From: Obrimoposthia wandeli
Lineage: Eukaryota
Reading direction: 5' to 3'
DNA length: 64,000 nucleotides
Assembly: GCA_977020255.1 (NCBI GenBank)
Contig: CDROCS010000206.1
Coordinates: 1-64,000, forward strand
Position 1 is the first letter of the stretch. Every line of letters starts with the position of its first letter. A program made the position numbers and the translations under genes. The notes under the pieces were generated by a model, which saw nothing but the letters and a program-made list of their open reading frames with translations, was not told the DNA's origin and did no database searches. Below are positions 1-13,600 of the stretch, piece after piece.

Positions 1-3000
1 TTTTTTGGGAGCTCACGGTAACATGGCTTCCCTTCTAAGTTGACTGGTGGGTGCAGTTGTGGGAACACTTGCTGTCCGGTAGTTCAAGAGTTGAAGGAGT
101 TTCGGCCCAAACCAATGTAGTTAACCTGTACATTGCCATAAATGATCATCGAGGAAAGAAAAGTCAAAAATGTTTACAGATTAAAACATTTATTTAGTTT
201 CTTTTTTTTAAAATGTATGTTTAGATATTCAAATATGCCTATATCGTATTCTCCCAAGATAAATGAGGATAAATTATGCTGCGTGAATAATATTTTTATT
301 TTCAAAAATGTATATATAGTCTAAATGCGTTAGCATATCACAGAAATGTCTCGGTGGAACGTTACTGAAGTCACACGATTTAATACCAATATTTATAAGG
401 CAGAATTAGCGATATGGGAATGAGCAAACATTCAGTTATGATGCCATGCTTCGCCCTACATATATAATGTTGATATATTTCATGTCAGAATAGTTTCAAT
501 GTTCAGCTAGTGAGTAATATAACAGAACAAACCAAAAAACATTATTATTTTTATCAAAATCCATTAAAAACAGAACATACAATTTATCTCATATACGTAA
601 TTTAAGGACACATGCATGCTTTTTTGTTAATGTAGTACAACACTAAAAATTCCCAATGCATTTTGATACAAATTACAGCTTCTTATTGAATTTGATATTC
701 CGGCTCCACGAGATAATTAGTTGAAAGAAGGTTCATAATTTCTGAGTCACATACAAAAACAGCGCTTGGTTAAACGGCTTCTGCATCTTGGCAACCGTAT
801 TATCTTCATTTCTGGAAGAGGCCACTCACCGAAAAGATAAAGATTGAACCAAAAAGTGTGAAACGATGAGCTTTTTGATCTCAAAGCTAGACACTGTTCT
901 TCCCAGAGGTACTGGACTTAGACATAGTTGTAAAACAAATGAATGAGGGAAATTAAAATTGATTACACAGAACATCTTTTGTAAGAATCACATACATTAA
1001 AAAACAATAAATTTTAAACAAACACGACATTGATTGATCACTTCTGAATCTTATAATGCGCGACGAGTTTAATTATATTGTAATTTATATTTTCAAAGGA
1101 TATTATCTAAAATAAATCATTGTGAATCGTTTCTACTGAACACTTTGGGAGTTAATTTAGCGCCCAGCATTCATTTATGAGCTACATGCAATTTTTTGGA
1201 GTACAAAGGCGACTTACATAATTGATTGCGTTATGATTTCGGTTACAATTGATTCATTTTCACATACAATTATTGCCTTTACTTCAGTCTCAAGTTTATT
1301 TAGATATGTTGTTTTTGCTTTGTGGCTTTTTACTGTATTTAATTGACTGTTACTTTCTTTGATATCTAAATAAATCAGGATTTGTTTTACAAATTTTTAT
1401 ATCTTGCTAAAACTTAAAAAATATGGCGAATTTGGCAGTGGTGAATTAAAAGTTTTTGTATTTTTACAAAGCATTTATTGGGGACAGCAAAATAATGGCG
1501 AATTAACCGAGTTTCACACTGTTGAGAGGAACCACACGTTAAAATTACTTTCAATTTGATTCATTAGTATCATAAATTTAAGTTTATATGATAAAGAACT
1601 GCTTGCTATAAGATTGAAACACATTTCAATTAATTTGTTCTTTTATGTCACACTAAATATTGATATTTGGATCACAGCATCAACTACCTTATCTGGATAT
1701 TGATGTAATGAAATATGATAGAAGTGTATTTGTAAAATCTAATCTTACCTTGCATTTAAATAGCTGTGATTGGCTTTATCAAGTAGTCCTCCACTTTGGG
1801 GAAACGTCCTAAATGTACAAGTCAATGTCCAAAAGTAAACAAAATTCTTACATCCACTTCATCCGTAATCATAAATCGTATTCATGTCTACCTATTCTTC
1901 GCTTTGGTAAATTCCTCCGCCCCCTTTGCAGATCGCATGATCGAAGGCTTCCTAGATACCATCGAGTCAATATCAAAATAATAGCATGTTTGTGTTATTT
2001 ATTTTTGACACGGAAATTCATGTGATGGTTAAGTTTCGTAATATTCTTTCATTCTCTGTTTATAGAGTATAATTGACAGAAATATTAACATTTGTTGATA
2101 TAAATCTTTTTTTAAAAATAAAATTAATTTATTCTTTTACAATTTATAGAATTTGTTTTATTATGTTTGATTAGAACTTCTCCTACATAACTTTTGCTAT
2201 TAAATTTAGGGATAGTTGGTGTGAAGAATCACTCACGTCAAGAAGTCAATGCAGCTCTCCAGATCCGGAAACTTTCCATCCTCTCCTACACATTTAGTAG
2301 ATTTTAAGCAAACTGCTTGCAAAATCACAGGCAAAAAACATCAATAATAATAAATATCTTAATAAAATATCTATGATCAAACAATTATACCAATAAAATG
2401 TTGACTAAGACTAATAATTTTGTTAAATATATTTCAGACTGTTCCTCTTTTGAAATTATACGTGGTTTCCAAACTTATGTCAGTTAAAAAATGAGATTTT
2501 CGGAATTTCAAAAGATATAGGTAGACAGGCAAAAGACAGCCGACCTAATTGTTCCTTCATAGATCATAGATTGAGAGGTACAGCTTGCATTTCTAAGATT
2601 GTTTTAAATCAGCCAGAGTGGCCAGAAAGTCAGATATCTTGCGTTTTGAGTAAATAATTGCCCTCGTACAATACAGCGCGACTGTCCGGGTGATCCTTTA
2701 CAGACCGGTATACACTTAGTACGTGGATCCTGTAATGTAAGAATGACAGTTAAACATTTAAAATGTTAAGTAAATATTTATTGAATAAGCTGTTGTCTAA
2801 ATAGATCAAAATAATGACGCTTAGTTTCTCCAAATCCGGGGAAGAGACTTTAGCATTTTCTTTGACATCTTTGAAGGCTGAGCCTCTGCTCCTATCAAGT
2901 CCTGTAGGGCCTCCTGTCGCTCTGCAATGCTGTCAGGGTCACAGAGAGGACTAGAGATCCACTGGATGAGCTCGACCTACAAACAAAATAAACAGGTACC

Positions 3001-6000
3001 ACTGTTAGTTTTAAATTATCTTCTGAAATAATTGTGAAAACTTTCAAATACAATTGCTTTAACCACATGATGATCAGAATTTTGAAGTTTTCATACCTAC
3101 ATACCTTTTTCATATGTTATCGAGACTAACTAATCCGAATTATCCACCAACTACTAGAATTGAACAATCTGGTTTCCCAAAGATTTGTGTATAAAATAGT
3201 TGTAAATTCATGCAGTTACAACTAAAAATGTCTAGCTGTGTAATGATAGAAATGCAATTGGACTAATTTTCTTAATTAAGAGTAGCGTATTGTCGAGAAA
3301 ACGATGTAACTTCACTGAAGTAACCGTTCTTTTATTATTTAGAGTTTAGGTGAAAAGTAAAATTAATTCAATGTTTTTTGTAATTCAAACCTTAACATTT
3401 TAAGAGTCACTTACTGTCAGCTATGATTTTGGAATATTTATTTAACAATGATATCTAAGGATTTTATATATTTCTCAAATTTTATTTAATAATACCAGAA
3501 AAGCACTATCTTTCATCTTTTAAAGTGGCTTTTAACATTTTTAAAAGCTTTTTTATATATTTTTCGATTAAAAATCGCTTCTGATGGTTTTCGGAATAGT
3601 AATATGATTTTATTTTTTTATGCCGCTTTAAAGGTTTGAGATATTTATTTTTATTCATTTTCTGAGATAAGTATATAGTTGATTGTGACTCTAAACAAAC
3701 ATATAATCCTAAGAAAGTAAAAATTGTAGATAAATAGAAATCTAATAATCTATTTGACTATTTAATCGTTTCAAAAAGTATGTATGTATTGCTGACTTTG
3801 TTATCTTTCAAAATAAATTAATTTGTCAAATTGCATATCACAACTATGACCCATTCTTCAAGCTTCGCACCACTTCAAATTCCGTGCACAGATTAAGCGC
3901 TTTCAGCAATGCGGCGCAAAGTAAATCATACAAAGTGTAAATTTGCTTTTTACTAACATATATCATACTGTAAAGCTTCAGCCATATAATACTACACACG
4001 ATATTATCAAAAATCATAAGGGAAAGCAGAGGTAAATATGTTTCATTTAATGGCCATGTGTTTCATTTTCAATATGTTTGAAATTTTAATTTTAAAAACA
4101 AGGTTGTTGGAGTGCGAAAGTCCAAAGTCGTTCAAGCAATGTTCCCTCCAATTCCTCAGTGTTACTATTTTAATCAGATCTCCGAGTTCAACGCTGGCTT
4201 GCTGTCTTCGAGTATCTGAACAAGTTTAAACATGTTTTTTTCAATAATCGAAATTTGATTCTCAACGAAGACAATAGACCCAACTTTACCATTGAATGTT
4301 GATGTTGCTTATGCTCCTAAGATTTTTGCCTTTGATTGAATACCTGCGTTGAAATTAAATGGGATGAGTGTATCTCAAACTCTTGAAAGATACGAGGAGA
4401 AGCGGTCGATAAGGCATTTTAATGAATGAAAATCGGCCCCCCAGACTGCTGACGGCAAGACTAAACTCTGTGCTTTGGCCGTTCTGACAGGGGTGTGCAA
4501 AGATGAACAAAGAACAAAAATAGATGGTTAAGCAGCTAACTAAACAATATAGATGTCCTTAAATTTTTAAAAGAGATAAATGAGGCAAAGCTATCTATCA
4601 CTTTTTTATAACACTTTAAGTTGATAAATGTCAAAATATAGAAGGCATAGGGTATTTTTGAATTATAAAGAGTTAGGTACTAATGATCATTATCTTAGTC
4701 ATAACAATTGGAATTGAACTTACTTCAGAGTTTATTTTCTAAAGTATAGCAAGACAGCAAAAGATGAAGATGAATATTCGATCTATTATTTCTGAAAGAA
4801 ACAATAAAGTTTCGCTTTGCGTGGATTATTTTGAAAGGTTTGTGTTCAGAATAAAACAGAGTTTATTCCAGCAGCATTTGAGAAAAAAAACCACTCAATT
4901 TGTACATTTCCAACTAGATGGCGACTCAAAATTTTTTTTTTTAACAAATGTGAAAACAAGATCGCTCAATCGACTAGCCTCGCAGATGCGGTTCAAATCT
5001 TACATACCCTGCCAGGCTCAGATTATTATAAAGAGACTAGCACTATACACTAAGCTAGAAAAGACCCGAAGATCAATGGTTTTCAGATGATGGTAATTAG
5101 CTCTATACCGAATGATACTGATCAAAACAATATATATTTTTTGAAATGCTTGAGAAAGGAATATTTTCTGTTATATGAATTATTTTACTTATATATTGAG
5201 CTTTTGTTCTGAACAGACAAAACTGCACTCACTTTTTGCTCAGGATAACAGGGATTCAGACCTAAATGGAAGCCCGTACGATGACAGCTTTGCAGCAGGT
5301 GTGTCAAGAAAGTAGTTATTTCCAGTAACTTTGACCAATGTTCCTTCACTATCTGAAAACTTTGCTTCTTTTGAGTTAGTCCTTCTTTCTTTACCGCTGC
5401 CAATTTGGTACTGAAGACAATTGTGTTTTCTTTGGAGCAGGTTTCCTTTCTTTCGTAAAAAGAATCTGTTAATACAAAATAACTTAATGTATTGTAAATT
5501 TATGCATTTAGTAATAAATATTTTCTTTGAAAAATATATACATATGTATTTACAAATATCATACTTTAAGTATTAAATATTTATTATTTTAAAGTAAGAA
5601 TATCTAAGTATATATTCATTTTCAACTGTTTTTATACATAAAATGAAACTTAGAAACACTGCATAACAAAATTAAAAAATATATTTTTTATAGAAGTGGT
5701 CTAGATTTTGACATACAAAAACACATATACCAATTGAATATTTAATTTTTAAAATACTATGTTTACTAAGTTTTACATTTGTTTTGAGAGCTAAGTATTT
5801 TTATAATTACTAGAAGGTTATATACTAAGCCTTCGGTAGAGTTTGAGCAGTTGCTACTTCTGGGCGTAATCTTCTAAAATATCTCCGACTTCTTGTAAAT
5901 GGTTTTAATTTTACTAAAGAGTTGACAGATGAAATCTACGATTATTAATATTAGTGGCATCAAAATTAAATTCATGATGATTTCAAAGGGAGATGATGCA

Positions 6001-9000
6001 TGCTGTGGTATGGCTGAAGAAGAACGATGTAAGCCCTGCAGATCAGGGTTATATACCAGAAAGTCTACTAATAGACAAGGATGCTGCAGCTAGAATCAAC
6101 CGTGTTGGCCAAGTCATGGACAGAACCAAAGAGCTAACACCGACTCTCACCTTGTTGCAACCACCAAATGTAGCATCATGCATCCTTTAAAAAGTTTATG
6201 TTCGAATTCAGTACCAGTGAATGGCAGAGTGGACAATCCCTGACCACCACTTTCAGAGTACAAACAGTCAGTTATTGACATAACTATACAGTGAGTAAAG
6301 TTGTATGAGATAAGATTGACCCATATATCATCAATAACTCATTTCTTCGCAGTTATCAGTAAAGTCATGGATGGCATTAGACGATTTTTTATAGAATAAG
6401 CCTTCCACCAGAAACATTACCACAGACGGTCATGATATAACCGTTAATAGACCAAAGTATTGTTGTGAAAGATGCATGAAGAAGAATTTGTATTATTGTG
6501 ACGATAATTTATATGTTCATGTTGGTTTTTTGGCTTTGTTCAAGACCGTTTAAAGGAAGCAAAAGTTGTTAATGTTTAATATAAAAATTACAACTAGCTT
6601 TAACATTTCAGGAATTTAGCGTCATGATGATTTTAATATTCTTTGACAGACATACAAATTCAACATCATCTTATGTTTGAGCTAATCGGATAACTCGAAT
6701 ATGACGAAAAATACAACTATGTGAATTCTTCTTTTTTATAGCGATATAGAGTGTACCTTTCTTTATATATTTAAGATTTTGTATGTTTGATGATTTTGAG
6801 AAATTACATTTTGAAAAGTAAATGTTGAATTTTCGGGGAGAAAATGAAACTTATCATAAAAAACCTGTGACGCAGCTTAAAAAGTTTAGTAAATTTAAAA
6901 ACTGCCCAGCATAAAATGGAAATCCAAATTTAAAATGTCCCAATTAAAAAGGAAATAAATAAACTATCAACGTGACATACATATTAGATATAAAATATAA
7001 AGTTTTCCTTGATAAATTCATAAAAACAAAATTATAAATGTTAAAAAGTATCAAATAATGTACCATTTTATGTAACTTGATATAAATAATATAAAAAATG
7101 GAAAACTACTTTAAAATCACGCATAACCAAAACTTACTTCAGAGGCGGAAATTTGGATAAAAGAGTCTTGAATCAGGGGAACGGTGATTGTCATCGAAAT
7201 TGAGATAGCTGAAATTTAAATGAAACTTTGATAATTAACACAAGAAAGTTAAAGCTTATAATTTTGAAAACAATCAGTAAAAATTCATATATTTACGACA
7301 TTTTTTATAACTTAACGAAGTAGATATAATTATATTTCAAAATGTAGGATGAGAAATACATCCCTGGTAATTAAAAAATATCATGAAAGGAGTATGCTGA
7401 AATATATTAAAATAATTTTACCTTTCTAAACAACTTTTACTTTTTAAAATAAATTTTTTGATTAAAATGTTAACTTATTAAGAGAAATTTTATTTAAAAA
7501 AATCGGGATTGAGATATTATTTTGTAATGAAAAACAAATTTTTACACAAGTTAAAAACAATTTATTATTAGTACCATCAATTATGAAATCAGTTTCTGTA
7601 GAATATCTTGCTGCACAAGAATTTCAACTACTCATTTACTTGAAATCTCTTACGAAGTCATTTAAATTACTAGTTTCTCAGCCATTGACATTTCAAAATT
7701 TGTGACCATATTTGTATCAAGTTTCATAATAGTCTTCAGTATCGACCGCCAATATGATTTAAACAAATTATAATGATCTTTAATGATATTTAATTGTTTT
7801 AAGGATAATGATAAAAAATTCTTTTATAACGTGAGCAGTGCGATTGATTTGTCGTAACCAAGATGAAAAAACTATTACGCCCACAATTAATGTTCATTAA
7901 AGAGGAAAACTTTCAAGATTATTATGCTACATTGAAATCTCACCGTAAATTTGCCGTTGCTGTATTAACAAACTACTCCGATCTGGTGGTATAACGATTG
8001 GTCAAAAGATTCACCGTGAGGGAAATTCACGGGCTCTTCTTTAACAATTGCATCAACTGTATCCGTAGAAGACATGACATGACGGCTCCAGATTCCCACA
8101 TTGATTTGACGACACGACTCATTCCGTAAACTGAAAGTTCTTGTGCCAGGAATCAAAACTTGACGAACTTCCCGTCGAACAATCTTGTCCTTCGAACTCA
8201 TTTTTTCAATTCTTTCTGACATTGCATCGACCGTTTCCGTTTGCTCTACTCTGACTACTTTGCTAGTAGAAAAGAAGAGATAATCCAATAATACATGCTA
8301 AATTAATTAAAAGTTTGTAAAAGTTCCATTAATCGATTAAATTAAGGTGAACTTGAATTTTAAAAAAAAATTGTTTAGCTCTAAGATGATTTTAACATTA
8401 ATACCGATATGATTAACTATCATTCCTTCATCTGTTTTGTAATGTGGAAACTTCATAATATTGTTTTTGAACACAAATTATAGTAACTTAATCTTTAAAT
8501 TTTGGACATTTTACATACGTGTCAATAATATCAAGCTGACACAATTTTTAAACAGTAATTATGACACTCAAACTTCGCATTTCATTTCAATTGTTACTTA
8601 CAAAGAAAAATTTCATATTGACAGAAATACCAATTTATGGCAAAAATATTTGGGATTTTGCGTTTCACTCCAATTTAACTGACAATTTGATACTTATTGG
8701 CGGCTCAATTTATTTATTATTATAAAATAGAATGTCTTACTGAACCTAACAAATCTATTAGAGATCAAAAAAATCTAAATGTACAAACGCAGATGCATAT
8801 TGAAAGAATTGTTATAAATTTCGCTTATTTTCATTTTGCCCTGTAGTAATTAAGTAATTACTATAACATACTTTAATTTCTTAGAGCATCTAAATCTAGT
8901 TAGTATGACTACTAGAGAGCGCTCAAAATTAGAAATTTATTATTTTTTGGCTTTCTCAACCGAGGAACTTCACTGGCATATTTTATTACTAAATTTTTAT

Positions 9001-11672
9001 GTTATTGATTTTTCTGTTTAATTATACAACTCGAAAATAAAAACTTGAAAATAATTTGATGTTCACTCTTAAAAATATTATTAATTTTTTTTTTATAGTT
9101 AAATCCGCTAATATGGGTATTGAAGGTGGTTAGATTTGCAGTTATATTTTTAACATTTTTTCAATTTTTATGAGAACATAAATGATCTTTTTCGCCAGAC
9201 AGCCAATAAAATAAGTCATAAATTTGGTTTTTCGTTGGCATTGATTGCTGTAGACATTTGTTGATTCGAATCTTTATTTTGTCATACATTTTAATTTGAT
9301 ATCTAACTTAAAACCTATACACAAATACTTAAAATTACCTTGAGAACCAATTGAGTCGCCATTTTAGCGAAGGCTATCTCTGGAAATCCAGAGTGTGCAT
9401 AGCTGCCCACATAAACACGTAAGACCCTGAATTCATTGACACAAATAACAGCGTCCATATGATAAGTTTCATAAAGGTACCCTACTTTGAAGAAAATAAT
9501 TATTTTGCATGTTACCTCGGACGATAATCACCATTGTTTCATACTTTTTTTTTGAGTGTTAATTTTGCCCCTGAATGTGATTGTTGTAAAAAATTGAGGG
9601 ATTATATAACAAGTGAAGATTTAGTTTGTAAATAATTACAGTAAAGAAAAGCCAGTTTGAATTTGAAATCATTAAAGACAGTAATGTGAACCCGTGTCTT
9701 TAAATTTCAGATTCAGAAGTTCATGTGTTAGGCAATAAGAATTATAGAGTAAAGGTGGTTAAAATAAATAAGGAAATTAATTTAGTACTTTTACATTTAA
9801 TTGAGAAAACAAAAGTTTTTAAAAATTTCTTATATTAAAGATCATTTCAAGGAGCTTTTAAAACTAATAAAGATAAGTAAGAAAGAAACATATTCATAGT
9901 AATAAGTAAGAAAGATGTCTTCTGCTTTATGTAGGACAGTTAAGTCTACGACTGCATTTCTGAGTATTTTCTAAGTATTGGAAAGGTAAATATTGGCATT
10001 TTCTGTTATTTCAGTACTAACCCACGGAACAAACTAAAACTGATATTATTTCATAAAGAAACGCGTCCATGTTTGTCAAAGCATGTCAATGCATTGCTCT
10101 CCTTTGTAGTTCAAAGCACCTTAAATACACATATGAATTAAGGGATCTCTTCAAGGCATCTGGTGGGTAAGAAGTTTGAATGTTTTAATGAGAGCATTCT
10201 TGTAAAAAACATAGGTACTTTGAAGTTGAAAATCATTTTACTTTATTACGTTGACTTCAGATGCTTTATTTAACTATGTACCAACGATTCCCAAAATGGG
10301 AACATGATTTAAAATCCATATAAATCTACACCATCATTTTTGATGTGTGATTGGGTGTTATAAGTTGAAGCAGGTTACTGTGGCACATTGTTGCATAAAT
10401 ATGAGCCCCTATATAACTATATGGTTTTATATTTGAGAACAAAAATAATATTAATGATTTTTTATAATTGAATTTGTGTTTACAACAGGATTTATAGTTT
10501 TATATGGATAAATATTATATATTACAATGTAAATAACCCAACTTTACATGCAATTTCTTTTTGTAATAAGATATATGTAAAGGGAATTAATATATAAGTT
10601 TTTCTAATATGACCATTGACTATGCCCTGTAGTCCCCCAACGTTCCCATTTTGGTTACTGAAATAATATGAAAACGACGAATTTTTTGAAAAAATAATTA
10701 CATAAGAGTCTTAGTTGGGTCAAAAATACACATAATATAAGGGAAATTTGAAAGTTTTTCAAATACTATTTTTATGTCGGTCCTTAAAGGTTAATAAAAT
10801 ACTTAATTTTAAAATATAGTCAATAAATTTTTTAGCAATACATAAAAAATTTAGAAAAATCTTACCATAAATGTCTCAGGAATTAGTAGCGTCGAGTCAT
10901 CATAATCTATGATCAGACATTGCACAGCCTCGATGCATTCAGCTTTGAAAATTGAATGATAAGTGATCAAAATTCATCATTTGTTCACAGCTGTCATTAT
11001 AAATAGGTACTTCTTTTTTGTTTTCTCTTAAGTATCCATTTTTATTTGAAAATCTTGATAAAAATGATTTGGTTTTGATTGATTCTTTTTGATTTATCTT
11101 CTTTTTTATTCACTGTTGCATTACAGATATTTAGTTCCTTTTGGCCTGTGACTTTACCAAAGGACTGGATGATTCATTTTTAGAATTTGAATTAACAAAC
11201 TGAAAGAGTTTCTTTATTCACAGTTAGTTTTAAATTTGAGGAGTTCTGGTAGCTAAAATTAAATTATAGAAAGTATAATTATTGTATTATATACCTTATC
11301 ACTACTGCCATCGTCAATTTTCATTTTTCACAAAAAAGTTAAGTAAACATTTGAAGTTACCTTTGGTTTTGGGATATTTTCTAAAAAGTTTAAAAAATAA
11401 ATTACGATTTATAAATCTACTATCTTCTTCATCGTCAAGAATCATCAACAAAGAGAAGTCTTTTATAGTTTGGCTTCGGTGAAGGTGTTGCGGTTTTTCA
11501 ACTTTTTCTTAGCGTAGAATCTACCTGTAAAGTTCTAATATTCAAAATCTAATTATTATATATAAATATACAGTTACCTTCGATGCTGGAGTTGTCTTCA
11601 ACAAGACTATTATCATTATTTTTCTTTCTTCTTTTTCCGAATTACTTTAAAAAAGTTTGATATTTTCGACAT
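1..11672 (-). CDS. MSH6: DNA mismatch repair protein MSH6, multi-exon, frameshifted in this sequence; 3' part lies beyond the left edge
   Basis: Manually translated minus-strand exons, in MSH6 order and mostly with GT/AG ends: MSKISNFFK (ATG 11672); DYDDSTLLIPETFM (~10866-10910); YETYHMDAVICV...AHSGFPEIAF (~9339-9480); KVVRVEQTET...KIVRREVRQVLIPGTRTFS (~7970-8300); FKTLLSKFPP (7138-7208); KEGL..KKQF (5233-5465); LAVSSLGA/LKCLID (~4350-4460); EGTLLERL (~4130); LIQWISSPLCDPDSIAERQEALQDL (~2830-2976); DHPDSRAVLYE..YSKRKISDFL (~2580-2729); GKFPDL (2237-2285); VNYIGLGRNSF/LELP (1-125). Most exons need a frameshift to stay in frame. Confidence 0.9.
5950..6400 (+). mobile_element. Degenerate pogo/Tigger-like (DDE_1) transposase remnant in an MSH6 intron
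   Basis: Fragments SLLIDK, LTLLQPPNV..KVYVRIQY and (W)DKIDPYIINNSFLR..ISKVMDG resemble the pogo C-terminal LQPLDV...KPFK and W..I....I.KSF..CGIS..MDG motifs; many stops and frameshifts. Confidence 0.5.
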
Positions 11673-12599
11673 CTTATGGTGAATCTTTTTTTTTATTGTT
11701 GAAGACACAAAAAATTATATTTAACACAAATCATATAGATTAACTATTCCAAATTTTGCAAATATAACAATTAAATTTTGGATTCTGAGCATTTCTTTTT
11801 TATTTAAATTAGCTGCCTAAATTTTGTATATTATTATTTCTTCCCAAGTTCTGCGTTAACTTATTTATCTAGAGAATTTTTTTTTTACTAAATGCTAGAA
11901 AAGCTAAATAAAATTATTAGAGAAAAAGGTAAATTTTAAATGGGAATTTTAAAGGGAAACTAAATACAAAAGTACGGGGTGTAATTAGTGAACAATTTAT
12001 AAGAATGATTTAGGAATTATCAGTGAAAGATTTAAATAATAAACAATAAAACATTATTAAAGTTTATAGTAAAAGAAGTTATTTAACCAAAATAGCCTTT
12101 TTCTGGATAATAAATGATAAATATATAAATATATTTTTTAAATATTAAGATGACGACTTCGCAGAAGAAGCATTACGAAAATTTTCAGCATTTAGTTTAA
12201 GTTACATAAAGTTTTTTGTATCATCAAGGAGTTTTCAGTGTCAGGAGTTTCTGTAAAAATAATATTTAGATTGAACTTTGCAGATATCAGATTCCAGAGC
12301 TATATAAATATATTTTACATTAACTTATGATTGTGAAAATTATAAAAAGTGATTACAGTGATACTGCAGGAAGGTTGCTAATCTGGAGGAACTCTTCTTG
12401 CACGATGAAAATGTTTTCCTCGAAAAAATGTGTGTTGAATACAGAAAATTGCATGCAGAAACCAATAAGTTTATATTATTTACAATACGGGATGCAAAAC
12501 TTTTGTTCGATTGGTGATGCAAAAATGTTTGCGACAGTAGATATAGAACCGAAACTTATTACCAGGCAGATCTAAAAAATCAGTGTGTCGTATAAAACT

Positions 12600-13600
12600 G
12601 CCTTCAGTACAAAATTAGATCAAAATTGAAGATTTAAATCAGTTGCTAGAGTCCGATGCATAAAATATTGGATGGTTTGCAGTTCAAAGAAACATTTGTA
12701 TACACCTGGATGATATCTTGTTTATAGTAACATCAAAGAACATCATAAATTGTTACTGGAGAGTACTTAAAAAATTGCCGTTGCAGACCTCAAATAAACC
12801 ACAATAAATGTTACATTGAACAGAAACAGTTAAAATTTCAGATTTCATACCATAACACAGAGAAATACATACAAATCAGTAGAAGTCGAAATTCAACGAA
12901 ATTACAAATTTCAAAGAACCAGAATCTAACGAAAACTACGATCATTTTAGAATGACAGAAAGAAGCTATTATGTCGAGGATTTATTAAAGATTATTCAAA
13001 ATTAAAAGCTCAACTTTATGCAGTGGAGTTCGGAGATAAGAAGTCAATACAATGATCCCCAGATTGTTAGTCAAATTTTCACTCCTTAAATAAAAATTAA
13101 CAACAGCTTCCATATAAAACATCAACCGAAATAAAAAAATTTAATTAATACAGTTGCAAGCGTTCGTGCGATTGGATTGTATTGAGCCAAGTGAAATGAG
13201 GCGAAGCAATAAAAGTGATTATATATGCTTCAAGACGTGCATTTGATTTCACAAGAGAAAGGATATTATGTTACTGAAAAAAAACTTGCAACGGTATGCA
13301 ATTTATTATGCATTTCAAACAATATTTATATGGGATTTTTAACAGGAGCAGTCCATAAAAGCATTATTAATGTGTTTTTTTAAAGAACGACGAACAAAAC
13401 AATCACACTCCTTTCCATTTAACATAGTTGACAAATTTATCAATTTTAAGTTACCAGAACATCATCAAAGTGATCATGTAATCCCAATGGCATGTATCAG
13501 ATTGAATGTAAGCATTCAATTTCTTGAGTGTGAAACTAAACATAAAGACGCACAGAAGAGAGATCTAAATACGATATATTCACTCACTAATTGAAGACAA
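12600..13600 (+). mobile_element. Degenerate Ty3/Gypsy pol remnant (RT and RNase H)
   Basis: HKILDGLQFKETFV then YLDDIL (~12700, frameshifted), CRGFIKDYSK (~12975) and KVIIYASR (~13215); heavily interrupted. Confidence 0.65.

Noticed and set aside
10770-10800. piggyBac-like end (TTAA-CCTTTAAGG on the minus strand)
   Set aside because: No partner end or transposase identified.
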